Source: a bacterium (GTDB taxonomy: Bacteria > Bacteroidota > Ignavibacteria > Kapaibacteriales > UBA961). From it: a stretch of 33,855 nucleotides of DNA. The notes beneath the pieces were generated by a model. It saw only the letters and a program-made list of their open reading frames with translations, was not told where the DNA came from and did no database searches. Positions within the stretch are counted from its first letter, which is position 1, and every line of letters starts with the position of its first letter. Location of the stretch: assembly GCA_022844575.1 (NCBI GenBank), contig JALHLL010000004.1, positions 1 to 33,855 on the forward strand, given 5' to 3'. A program made the position numbers and the translations under genes. Shown here in pieces: positions 7,927-17,090 of this stretch.

Positions 7927-9450
7927 CTACAAAACACCCTCTTCTTTTAGTTTTGCTAAGTGTCCGATAATAATATCCCAAAGCTTATCATACGGTATTA
8001 TTTCAAGCGCTTCAGTTTTCATCGAGTTGAAATCTGTTAATAGCTTTATGTTTTCCTTATGCTTTGCAAGTACTTTTGTAATATCAAGTTCATAATCCAT
8101 CAATGCACAGAGTAAACGAAGAAAGATTTGGGCACCTCCGCTTTTATCACCTTTCAGATAGGATATCCGATATTGCCTTAGTGCATCCGCTCGTGAACAG
8201 AATGCTTCGATATTCTTTTCAGCCAATAAAAGCAAAGAATGTAAAATTATTCGCGAAAGGTTTCCGCTTGTTTTATCACGCGAAACGATCGAAGTGCTAT
8301 TCAGAAATTCATGTAGATCAAATCGTTCCACTAATGGCTGTATAAGTCTTTTGGGTAATGTGCTGATTCCTGTTTTATAAAGATACACCAAATAACCTAA
8401 GTAAAGGTATGCTCCTTCACGGATAAAGGGATTCATACGCGGCTCATATTCATACATCATATTCAGTACTATAGCCAACGATTCATACTCACCCGTTTGT
8501 ACATCAATCGTTGCCAACTGCAAATGGTTTGCAAACCAATTATACATACCGGGCGAGGATGTATTTATGTATCGCTGTACGGTATTTCGAGCTTCAATAT
8601 ACCGACGCATAACAATATGACAATCGGTAGCCAGACTAAGCAAAACCGACATCCTATCTCGTGTATATAAATGTGGAAATTCCTCAAAAAACGCTTCCAA
8701 TTTGCCACATACCTTTATCGCATCATCGTATTCCGCATCCATAATATGTACTATCATCCTTGCCCTACACGCATGAAGCATCAGTGTTCTTGTCGGATGT
8801 TTTTCTGCCAAATCGGCAATTTCATGTACAATTGCTCTTAAGTCAATAAGATTTTCTGTAGTCGAAGTTGCCTTTTTTTTTATTATGGTATCAAATCGCG
8901 TTATTAATTGTACACCCCGTATCTCATCTTTACTGATTTCGCTCATTTTCCGAGCTCTCAAACCATATTCATCACTTCTTTTTTGTTCACGGATATTAGC
9001 ATAGTCACGTTCCAAATGTAAAGCTGCTTGTAAAGCCAAGTCAGTAAGGTGATACTTTTGTGCGACAGTAAAAACATCCTGATAAATTGACAATGCCCCA
9101 TGCACCGCACCATTTAATCGTAAGATACCACCATATGCAATGTGTGTAATACAGAAATAATGTGCATTGTAGAAATCTGAGTTACCCGGATTTTCCTCCG
9201 GTAATTGGGTAAGCCATCGCAGTAACCTTTTTTTCAGAAACATTTTTGTTTGTTTATACCGATTATCGCTCGTATCGGCATCAAACAAAATCCGCGCAGC
9301 TTCTTTATCACTCTGAAACTGATGATTAAGCATTCCTTCAAGTAAGGTTCTTTGTTGTTTCAGAAACTTACCCCTTGAATCTGAAAAAATATCATCAATC
9401 GTTACCAAATTATTAATGACACATTCGGCTATTTCTAATAAGGCGTGCAT
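7927..9450 (-). CDS. Hypothetical cytoplasmic all-helical (TPR/solenoid-like) protein
   Basis: Uninterrupted 507-aa ORF with no signal peptide or TM segment and helix-favouring composition. No family recognised. Confidence 0.6.
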   Translation of the reverse strand: MHALLEIAECVINNLVTIDDIFSDSRGKFLKQQRTLLEGMLNHQFQSDKEAARILFDADTSDNRYKQTKMFLKKRLLRWLTQLPEENPGNSDFYNAHYFCITHIAYGGILRLNGAVHGALSIYQDVFTVAQKYHLTDLALQAALHLERDYANIREQKRSDEYGLRARKMSEISKDEIRGVQLITRFDTIIKKKATSTTENLIDLRAIVHEIADLAEKHPTRTLMLHACRARMIVHIMDAEYDDAIKVCGKLEAFFEEFPHLYTRDRMSVLLSLATDCHIVMRRYIEARNTVQRYINTSSPGMYNWFANHLQLATIDVQTGEYESLAIVLNMMYEYEPRMNPFIREGAYLYLGYLVYLYKTGISTLPKRLIQPLVERFDLHEFLNSTSIVSRDKTSGNLSRIILHSLLLLAEKNIEAFCSRADALRQYRISYLKGDKSGGAQIFLRLLCALMDYELDITKVLAKHKENIKLLTDFNSMKTEALEIIPYDKLWDIIIGHLAKLKEEGVL

Positions 9451-9646
9451 AGAAATTAAAGTACGGTGCTATAAAACTGAACACTTTGAAAGGTCTCTGA
9501 AGCAAAAAATGTACCAATGGATTTGTTGGGGGCTTTATGTAAGATTACATTTAAACAGTTTGTTGAGAATGGGTGGTACAACAGAAACAGACAGCTCCAA
9601 CAACCTGTGTTACAATACACTTGGAAGTCAAGTAGGAAACACACAT

Positions 9647-9959
9647 TTATAAAGTTTCGAGAAAACGGATCAATTCCTTTCTGTCCGATTTGTCAAGTTT
9701 TTTAAACATTGTACGTGAGGCATTCTCCTCACCTACAATGCCATAAAATGGCTTCCTTAAGCGATCGAGCTCTACCGTCATGCAAATACTGCGTATGACC
9801 GTTCACATCTTTAAATAGACCAATGCCCCAAAGAGGGGGTGTGCGCCATTCATTACCGTTTGCCAGAAAATCAGGACGATTGTCGGAAAGTTCTTCGCCC
9901 ATATCATGGAGTAATAAGTCCGTATAAAGATAGATTTTCTGATTTGATAGAAATAGGTA
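9647..9959 (-). pseudogene. Truncated, frameshifted C-terminal remnant of a DUF1111-family (di-haem oxidoreductase/putative peroxidase) gene
   Basis: Minus-strand translation gives YLFLSNQKIYLYTDLLLHDMGEELSDNRPDFLANGNEWRTPPLWGIGLFKDVNGHTQYLHDGRARSLKEAILWH. After a +1 shift near 9735 it continues GEENASRTMFKKLDKSDRKELIRFLETL* (stop 9647..9649). An in-frame stop lies just upstream of 9959, and no N-terminal CxxCH part is present. Confidence 0.6.
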
Positions 9960-10090
9960 TATGTGAATAATTACCGGTTATGTACAGTAGTTTAACCGTT
10001 CGTTAATAGGTTATATGTAATGAGTTTGAAATGAGAGGGGAGATATACTATTGTGTTTTTGTAAATGTTAAGGCTAAGGTTCAGAAGGCA

Positions 10091-10642
10091 TCAAAACATT
10101 TTTGACATGATGACGCTTCTATAATTCGTCACATCCCATTGCACATACTCCCTGAATTCATACCCCCTTTTTCTATAGTACTCAATAAGATAGACAGCTT
10201 TTTCAGACGTATTGAGGGCAAGTTCACGGGCTTGCATGCTTTTAGCATAGCGTTCAACAGTGTCTATCAGATAACTACCTATGCCTGTTCTTTGTAGTTC
10301 AGGTAAGACTGCAAATTGCCCAAACTCCCAAAGTCCTTCACGTGTATAATATTCGCTCGATGGGTCAAGTTTCGGTGGGTAAAGTGTTATTGTGCTTATT
10401 ATCTGCGCTTTATCATCCATAGCTACAAAAGTATAGCCATCTAAACATCGTTTCTTCGTTATATCCACATCCTGATGTGTAGCAACGAAACGCAAACCCA
10501 TATCAAGCAGGGGGCGGTATGCTTCATGCAATAACTCGGTTATATGGTCGAAAGAATCCGATAATAATAAGGGTCTGATTGTATAATATTTATTGCCAAG
10601 ATTTATGGTAGAAACAAACTCCCCTGCCTCCATATATGGCAT
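10091..10642 (-). CDS. GNAT-family N-acetyltransferase
   Basis: 183 aa. Acetyl-CoA-binding-type motif LQRTGIGSYLIDTVERYAKS and C-terminal ...YYRKRGYEF. Confidence 0.75.
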   Translation of the reverse strand: MPYMEAGEFVSTINLGNKYYTIRPLLLSDSFDHITELLHEAYRPLLDMGLRFVATHQDVDITKKRCLDGYTFVAMDDKAQIISTITLYPPKLDPSSEYYTREGLWEFGQFAVLPELQRTGIGSYLIDTVERYAKSMQARELALNTSEKAVYLIEYYRKRGYEFREYVQWDVTNYRSVIMSKMF

Positions 10643-10647
10643 ATTAT

Positions 10648-11661
10648 TTACCTTTCTTCGGCAACTTTTCGCACAACATCTGCCGCTTGGCGTGTTTGAT
10701 TTTCGGAAGTTTGGAAGTGAAATACTGCTCTATACAGACCAGGGCGTCCTCTTGAAATTAGAAGTCCTTTTTCCTTACACTTTTCAATAAATTCATTATT
10801 CCGTGCCGTAAATAAAACAATATTGGTTTCAGGTTTTGCAAGAACGGTAACACATTCCGACTGCTCTAATAACTCCGCGAATAATTGTGCATTTGCGTGG
10901 TCATATTGCAATAAACCCCTATTATTTTCCAAAGCATATAATCCGCCGGCAGCCAGAATTCCGGCTTGCCTCATGCCGCCACCGAGCATTTTTCTCCATT
11001 TACGAGCCATCCTGATATGGTCACGAGTTCCGACAACCAACGATCCCGCCGGTGCACCCAAACCCTTAGATAAACACACCGATAATGTATCGAAGTACGA
11101 GGCATATTCTTTTACGGAAATACCCGTTGCCGCTTCAGCATTCCATAGGCGGGCACCATCACAATGGAAAACACAACCGTTCGCTTTCGCTAATGTCTTC
11201 AATTCTTCCAAATTCTGTAATGACACTACCGTACCTCCATGGCGATTATGCGTATTCTCGACGCAAATAACTGCCGTACGTGGGAAGTAATAATCACCCG
11301 GTCTTATAGCATTTTGTACATCTTCACTTTTCATCTCTCCTTTTTGCGAGGGAACACAATACAACTGTACACGAGCTATAAGAGAAGGCGCACCCGTCTC
11401 ATAGTGAAATATATGAGATTCGCCTTCCACAATCGCCTCATCACCTGCATGAGAGTGCAAAGCCAAACATATTTGATTGCTCATTGTGCCGGAGGGTACA
11501 AACAGCGCATCTTCTTTCCCCAGGATGTCTGCAACATATTCCTGTAAACGGTTTACGGTTTTATCCTCTGAAAAAACGTCATCTCCAACCTCCGCAGAAG
11601 ACATCATAGCTCGCATGGCTTGTGTCGGTACGGTTACCGTATCGCTCCTTATATCAATCAT
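10648..11661 (-). CDS. ltaE: Low-specificity L-threonine aldolase (PLP-dependent, beta-eliminating lyase family)
   Basis: 337 aa. N-terminus MIDIRSDTVTVPTQAMRAMM..AEVGDDVFSEDKTVNRLQ, plus ...HCDGARLWNA and LSVCLSKGLGAPAGS (PLP Lys), which are typical of LtaE. Confidence 0.85.
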   Translation of the reverse strand: MIDIRSDTVTVPTQAMRAMMSSAEVGDDVFSEDKTVNRLQEYVADILGKEDALFVPSGTMSNQICLALHSHAGDEAIVEGESHIFHYETGAPSLIARVQLYCVPSQKGEMKSEDVQNAIRPGDYYFPRTAVICVENTHNRHGGTVVSLQNLEELKTLAKANGCVFHCDGARLWNAEAATGISVKEYASYFDTLSVCLSKGLGAPAGSLVVGTRDHIRMARKWRKMLGGGMRQAGILAAGGLYALENNRGLLQYDHANAQLFAELLEQSECVTVLAKPETNIVLFTARNNEFIEKCKEKGLLISRGRPGLYRAVFHFQTSENQTRQAADVVRKVAEER

Positions 11662-11670
11662 AATTTTTGC

Positions 11671-12720
11671 TTAAAACTCTAACATGTTTATTGTTATACC
11701 CATGTATGGCAATACTATTCTTTCCGAAGGAAAAACCTGATCGGCTCTCCATCTGTCTTCTTGCGATACTTCCGATGTAATGGAAACTTTGGGCTGGGTT
11801 GTTAACATAGTGCCAAAAACTAAATCCGTTCTTCTGAAAACTCTGATACCAAGGCCAAGTATATAATGACCGAATAATTCACGCGAACGTGTAAAAACCA
11901 AACCCGACTGAACACTTAATCGAGACCAAAAATGCTTATAATAGCGACTGCTCCATAGCATTTCCGTATAATGCCATTGCGGATCGCGTCCTAAAAATAA
12001 ATTAAATGCCAATGCCGCACCGGAAAATATTTCTTTATTTTTCGGCTGTTCACTTACAGCCATATTGTCATAGAATATAAATCTCGGCTCTTCACGCTTC
12101 GACAACCCCACACTTAAGCCAAAACCAATATAATCACGACTAAACTCCTCACCGGGCAAAGGTATTATCTCCGGTTCCACAGTACAGTTATGTGTCAATC
12201 TGAAGTATTCGGCTCGTATGTAATAATGCGGTATGTTCGGAATGGGTTCATTGGAAAGATAAATTGTTGTATTATTATTTGCAGAAAACAATGATGTAAT
12301 TCTATCGGCAAAAGAATAATTATTTGAAAAGGGCGGATATGACTTGAGCGTAATTGCATAATGTTCATTCGGATTGTCATCAATAATAACTGCAGCAATG
12401 ACACCTTCTTGTAAAACCGAATCCACTCTTCTTTTTGTTTTTACATCATATACAGCCCATTCATCCGCTTGGTCGGCTCCATTAAACAGCAGAATATAAT
12501 CGGGCTTACGCGAAACATTTGTAATTCGGGCGAAGTATGTATCTAATAAATGAGTTGTTTCAAAAAAAGAAAATAAAAAATCAATATGAGGTTGTTGTCC
12601 CATACGCGAATGCAATACAGCAATATCCTGTACCGGCATTAAAGTACCTGTATCATCCAAACTATACAAAGTACTTCGGCAGAATAGTCCGATAAAAAGC
12701 GCTAATATTCCTCGTTTCAC
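11671..12720 (-). CDS. Hypothetical secreted/outer-membrane protein
   Basis: 349-aa ORF with signal peptide MKRGILALFIGLFCRSTLYS. The C-terminal third has beta-strand-like alternation and ends ...GITINMLEF (terminal aromatic residue). Confidence 0.55.
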   Translation of the reverse strand: MKRGILALFIGLFCRSTLYSLDDTGTLMPVQDIAVLHSRMGQQPHIDFLFSFFETTHLLDTYFARITNVSRKPDYILLFNGADQADEWAVYDVKTKRRVDSVLQEGVIAAVIIDDNPNEHYAITLKSYPPFSNNYSFADRITSLFSANNNTTIYLSNEPIPNIPHYYIRAEYFRLTHNCTVEPEIIPLPGEEFSRDYIGFGLSVGLSKREEPRFIFYDNMAVSEQPKNKEIFSGAALAFNLFLGRDPQWHYTEMLWSSRYYKHFWSRLSVQSGLVFTRSRELFGHYILGLGIRVFRRTDLVFGTMLTTQPKVSITSEVSQEDRWRADQVFPSERIVLPYMGITINMLEF

Positions 12721-12777
12721 ATTACCATCCTTATCTTGAAGACTTCATATAGTTTTACATATCGGAAAGATTGCTGT

Positions 12778-13104
12778 TTAATCATTAAAGGAATCTTTAT
12801 GCTCGGCATATAATTTTCGCGTATGTATTTTTTGCATTTGCCTTTCCATAATCAAATCAGCTATTTTTTCAGGCATATCGAATGGAAACGAATGAGCAAA
12901 CACCTCATGCACTTTATCTTCCGAAACATCAAAACGATATAACATACTCATAAGTTGTTCCGGTGACTCGGTTAATAATCTCACAATCCTTTCAACGAGA
13001 ATCGCTCTTAGAGAACTAAATTGAATCCCCGAATCATTTTGAGGTATTTCGATTCCGAAAGACCGTTCCAATGAATATACAACAATTCCGATATCGTCTT
13101 CCAT
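12778..13104 (-). CDS. Small hypothetical protein tightly coupled to the upstream hybrid kinase
   Basis: 108-aa ORF that starts 2 nt after the kinase stop. No family recognised. Confidence 0.5.
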   Translation of the reverse strand: MEDDIGIVVYSLERSFGIEIPQNDSGIQFSSLRAILVERIVRLLTESPEQLMSMLYRFDVSEDKVHEVFAHSFPFDMPEKIADLIMERQMQKIHTRKLYAEHKDSFND

Positions 13105-13106
13105 TA

Positions 13107-16100
13107 TTAATTTTTTTGGGTTATCGGCAAATAAACAGAAAAGGTCGAACCCACTTTTTCTGAACTCTCAACATCAATTTCCCCACCATGCAACTCCACA
13201 AACTCTTTTACTATGTATAACCCCATTCCGCTACCCAGTTCATAACCTGAATTAGAACCGCGCATGAATGGTGTAAACAATTCCGGTAATTCCGACGATT
13301 TTATTCCGGAGCCATTATCGGAAACTTTAATTATTGCATTCAATTCATTGGTAGCAAGTGTAAGAGTTATTGCAGATGATTCGGGTGAATATCTCGAGGC
13401 ATTCTTTACAAGACTTGCTATTATATAAACAAGCATCGCTTTATCCGCATAAATCTTATTCTTGAATTCATTGGATTCGATAATAAAATTTTGATGTCGG
13501 GTAGATATAGATGGCATAACAGCCATTCTCACATCGTTTACAATCTCGTCAAGACCGAATTCAACAGGTAAATATGCTTCACGTAACGAGTCAACCGAAG
13601 ACTGAACAATAAACTCATTCATAAATTCCTCGAGTTGAACAACACGTTTAAATATTTTTTCAAGTTCATTATCTCGTTGATCGGAATTCATTTTATCTAT
13701 ATGATGGCGAAGTATCTCGGCAGACATTAATATACTTGTAAGCGGCGTTCTGAATTCATGGGAAACCGTTCTTACAAAGCGTGTTTTTAATTCATTAAGG
13801 CGGCGTTCCTGCGCCAGTGCCTGTAATAATTCATTATGCGCTTTTTTTTCGGTTGTTATATCATAGCAAAATATTCTATAGGTTCCATCAGGTAATCTAT
13901 GTGTTTCAATTTCATAAAAACGTTTTCCATAAATTAATTCGGAGGTATGTTGTTCATCAAAATCAAAGGAAAGAATATTTTCCAAAAACTTATAATCTTT
14001 GTGAATACTAATATCGTTACCAAATTGTTCCAAAGCGGAATTGTTCGCATAAGTGATAATACGATCAATATTTATTTCTATAATTGCAATATCGCTCTGC
14101 TCGGGTATAGAAGCCAAATGCCTTAATTTATCCTCACTTTCTTTTTGTTCAGTAATATCGCGAGCCGTCTGAATCGTAATAATTTTTCCGCCATCCTCGT
14201 AATATTTGGCGGCAAAATTCTCAAGCCAGCGATACCCACTGCGCGGATGTCTGAAACGATATATCTGATGTAAATGGGATCGGTCATCATTATCAAGCCA
14301 CTCCTCTACCGCCTTTGCAACATTTATTCTATCATCAGGGTGCAGAAATGTGTCCGATTGGGAAGAGTCCAAATCACTAAATTGCTCAAACGTTAATCCC
14401 GTAATCCTCTGAAACTCTTTATTAGCAAATTTCGGTATCAACTGATTATCAATTTGTTCACTAATCAAAATTCCAATCGGTGCTATATCGGAAAGCACAC
14501 CGAATAATTGCGTACTGTCATGTAATAATTTTTCTACTTGTCTAAGTCGCGTAATATCAATAGCCGAACCAACTACCTCATGTACTTCACCATTCACAAA
14601 TATCGGATCAAGTGAAAACAATAATACCATATTACTGTTAGGTAATGGTATTTCCTCCAAAACCGACACCCCTTCAAATGCTCTTAAAACCGGCGGAAGA
14701 GAAATATCTGCTTGTTTATCGCCAAAAATCTCATTTATGGACTTACCCGATATTTTTTCCGTAGTTAAATCACCCGCCAATCTGCCCTCACGCAAAGCAT
14801 ATGCTATTTTCCCATCTTCTCGTCGATATAATCGAATGACAAGATTTTGCAGATTTTTTACGGTTTTCTGAAAATTCTCTTCTAATGATTGTTGTATAAT
14901 CTGTTCAGCCCTTTTTATCGGGGTAATATCCACTGTAATTTGATTGGCATATCTCATCTCCCCTGTTTTTTCGTCCACGTCGGCATATACATAATTATCC
15001 GTCCATAATTCTTCGCCCCTGAGATTCTTCATTTTATAAGTAAGATGAAGAATATCTTTTAGGGGACCATTTCTCCATTCAACCGACTTACGAATAACCT
15101 CATCGCGAATGGAAGGGTCAATGCTATCGGTTACCAACCAATTCAATTTATCTTTAAATTCATCGGCTGTACCGCCGAGTATGCGCTCAAATTCCTGATT
15201 ATGGAATACATACGCATTAGTTTTCATATCTCTTCTAATAAAAGCAATCGGAGCATTTTCGATAAGATGATAAAAGTCTTTTTCGGCTTCTCTCAAGTCT
15301 GTTATAGCTTGCTCATTTTCCGAAATATCCTTAATTCCCGCAATAGTACCTATAACTTTTCCTGCATCGGAAAACATAGGAACGGCACTAATAAGCACGG
15401 GTTTCGGTTCACTGTTTTTCGGACAAATCACAAGCCGGTATTCTTCGGATGTACCTTTTTTTCTTAAATCATTCTTTGTGGATAAAAGCATATGCACTTC
15501 ATCAGTATTTTGCACCCATTCTTTTTCATAAGTGCCTATCACATCATTAATGGATGTATTAAACAAACGTGCCGTTTGTAGGTTTGCATAAATAATTTTA
15601 CCATTCAAATCCGTGAAAACAACACATTCGCTTATTGCATCTAACAGTTTTGAATGATGATACTCTCTTTCAATAACGGCTTTTTGTGCCGCTCTTTCTT
15701 CAGTAACATCACGTACAATAAAAACTGCCCCATTATCCCAAGAATTTGAAACTGAATTTAAAACGGTGCTTCTGATATTCAATTCGGCAAATGTACCCGA
15801 TGGTAAAACCATTCCCAACTCATATCCTTTGCCACTACACTTCTCAAAGAAGTCGTAAGCATTTTTGGTCAGATCGGAAGAAATTATCTGTGAAAGTTTT
15901 TCTCTTTCGTTCTCAACAAAAACTTTTTCAAATAGATGCTGTGCCGCAGGGTTCATCAACGTTACGTTCAATTCGGCATCGGTCGTAATTACAGCATCGG
16001 AAATAGCACCGAGTGTTGCTTCCAATATTTGCTTCTGTTGGGTTATTTGTTTTTCAACGGAGTTCTTATACAGTGCAAGTTCCAATGTGGCTTTTAGCTC

Positions 16101-16439
16101 GGTTTCTCTTAGCGGTTTAATCAAAAACCCATACGGAGACGTTTTTTTCACTCTTTTAAGAGATACTTCGTCCGGATATGCGGTAATAAAAACACTCGGA
16201 ATATTAAAATTTTCTTTTAATATGAGGGCTGTATCGATACCATCTTTCGCGCCTGATAAATGAATATCTACTAAGGCACAATCCACCGACGAATTGTTTA
16301 CAATATCCATAGCCTCTGCATAGCTACCCGCTATTCCGGCTATTTTGTATCCAAAACGGCTTAGAACTCTCTCAATATCTTTAGCAACGATTTGCTCGTC
16401 CTCGATAATGAGTATTGAACCTTCAGTTGGTGAAATCAT
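13107..16439 (-). CDS. Cytoplasmic hybrid sensor histidine kinase: N-terminal receiver, about 5-6 PAS domains, HisKA and HATPase_c
   Basis: REC: ILIIEDEQIVAKDI...DCALVDIHLSG...KP. PAS-type blocks end in ...VRDVTEERAAQ, IKDISENEQA, VDITPIKRAEQ, ARDITEQKESE and CYDITTEKKAH. H-box VSHEFRTPLTSI, N-box LVKNASRYSP, G-boxes DNGSGI and GSGMGLYIV. No TM helix. Confidence 0.9.
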   Translation of the reverse strand: MISPTEGSILIIEDEQIVAKDIERVLSRFGYKIAGIAGSYAEAMDIVNNSSVDCALVDIHLSGAKDGIDTALILKENFNIPSVFITAYPDEVSLKRVKKTSPYGFLIKPLRETELKATLELALYKNSVEKQITQQKQILEATLGAISDAVITTDAELNVTLMNPAAQHLFEKVFVENEREKLSQIISSDLTKNAYDFFEKCSGKGYELGMVLPSGTFAELNIRSTVLNSVSNSWDNGAVFIVRDVTEERAAQKAVIEREYHHSKLLDAISECVVFTDLNGKIIYANLQTARLFNTSINDVIGTYEKEWVQNTDEVHMLLSTKNDLRKKGTSEEYRLVICPKNSEPKPVLISAVPMFSDAGKVIGTIAGIKDISENEQAITDLREAEKDFYHLIENAPIAFIRRDMKTNAYVFHNQEFERILGGTADEFKDKLNWLVTDSIDPSIRDEVIRKSVEWRNGPLKDILHLTYKMKNLRGEELWTDNYVYADVDEKTGEMRYANQITVDITPIKRAEQIIQQSLEENFQKTVKNLQNLVIRLYRREDGKIAYALREGRLAGDLTTEKISGKSINEIFGDKQADISLPPVLRAFEGVSVLEEIPLPNSNMVLLFSLDPIFVNGEVHEVVGSAIDITRLRQVEKLLHDSTQLFGVLSDIAPIGILISEQIDNQLIPKFANKEFQRITGLTFEQFSDLDSSQSDTFLHPDDRINVAKAVEEWLDNDDRSHLHQIYRFRHPRSGYRWLENFAAKYYEDGGKIITIQTARDITEQKESEDKLRHLASIPEQSDIAIIEINIDRIITYANNSALEQFGNDISIHKDYKFLENILSFDFDEQHTSELIYGKRFYEIETHRLPDGTYRIFCYDITTEKKAHNELLQALAQERRLNELKTRFVRTVSHEFRTPLTSILMSAEILRHHIDKMNSDQRDNELEKIFKRVVQLEEFMNEFIVQSSVDSLREAYLPVEFGLDEIVNDVRMAVMPSISTRHQNFIIESNEFKNKIYADKAMLVYIIASLVKNASRYSPESSAITLTLATNELNAIIKVSDNGSGIKSSELPELFTPFMRGSNSGYELGSGMGLYIVKEFVELHGGEIDVESSEKVGSTFSVYLPITQKN

Positions 16440-16444
16440 GATTC

Positions 16445-17077
16445 TTAAGGAGAAATTCTTTTCCTACTCCATTCATTGTTTTCTTTTGAATAGGTAATTC
16501 TGTCATGTAAACGGCTTTCTCGACCTTGCCAAAATTCAAAGTAGATCGGGTTCAAACAATATCCTCCCCAAAAGTCGGGTAATGGTATCTCCTCGCCGAA
16601 TTCATTTTTTAGTCGAGCATAATTCTTTTCTAATAATTCCCTACTTTCAATAACAGTACTCTGCTCAGATGCCCACGCTCCGATTCGGCTTTCAAGCGGA
16701 CGACTGAAAAAATATTCGGCAGATTGTTCTCTCGTTATTTTGTGTACAAAACCCTGTATCCTCACCTGCCTTTGCAATTCATGCCAGAAGAAAAGAAGAG
16801 AAGCCTTCGGATTGTGTTCCAAATCATTTCCTTTATGGCTTTTATAGTTGGTAAAGAATACAAAACCCTGTTCATCGAAGTGCTTTAGTAAAAGAATTCG
16901 CGCAGATGGCATTCCTTCAGGAGAAACGGTAGCCAAAGTCATTGCATTAGGTTCTTCTATGCCCGCTTGTCGGGCTTCTGAAAACCACAATGAAAATTGT
17001 TTGAAGGGGCTGACATCACATTTTTCTTCAGTTAATCCGCCTAAAGTATATTCTTTTCTTAAAGATGCAAGATTCAT
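16445..17077 (-). CDS. pdxH: Pyridoxamine 5'-phosphate oxidase
   Basis: LRKEYTLGGLTE..., PNAMTLATV, RILLLKHFDEQGFVFFTNYKSHKG, ELQRQVRIQG, SRPLESRIGAWASEQS, PLPDFWGGY and EFWQGRESRLHDR are collinear with E. coli PdxH. The ORF could start 9 nt earlier, at 17086. Confidence 0.92.
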   Translation of the reverse strand: MNLASLRKEYTLGGLTEEKCDVSPFKQFSLWFSEARQAGIEEPNAMTLATVSPEGMPSARILLLKHFDEQGFVFFTNYKSHKGNDLEHNPKASLLFFWHELQRQVRIQGFVHKITREQSAEYFFSRPLESRIGAWASEQSTVIESRELLEKNYARLKNEFGEEIPLPDFWGGYCLNPIYFEFWQGRESRLHDRITYSKENNEWSRKRISP

Positions 17078-17090
17078 ACACAACATTATT

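Noticed and set aside
8873-8881. Homopolymer tracts as phase-variation switches: T9 at 8873..8881, T8 at 3121..3128 and 13841..13848, and A8 at 27006..27013 and 27095..27102
   Set aside because: All of them encode Lys-Lys(-Lys) runs in an AT-rich genome and are at or below the length usually associated with slipped-strand switching. No supporting evidence is available from a single sequence.
9416-9705. Three short ORFs (9416..9652 +, 9456..9644 -, 9517..9705 +) in the non-coding gap
   Set aside because: They overlap each other, have no motifs, and one runs into the DUF1111-like remnant. They are most likely chance ORFs in a decayed or promoter region.
10823-11674. Plus-strand ORFs inside ltaE (10823..11290, 11085..11270, 11239..11547, 11477..11674), and whether the visibly GC-richer ltaE stretch signals horizontal transfer
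   Set aside because: The ORFs are antisense shadows of a strongly supported CDS. The composition impression was not quantified, and conserved enzymes are often GC-richer than their surroundings. No flanking mobility signatures are present.
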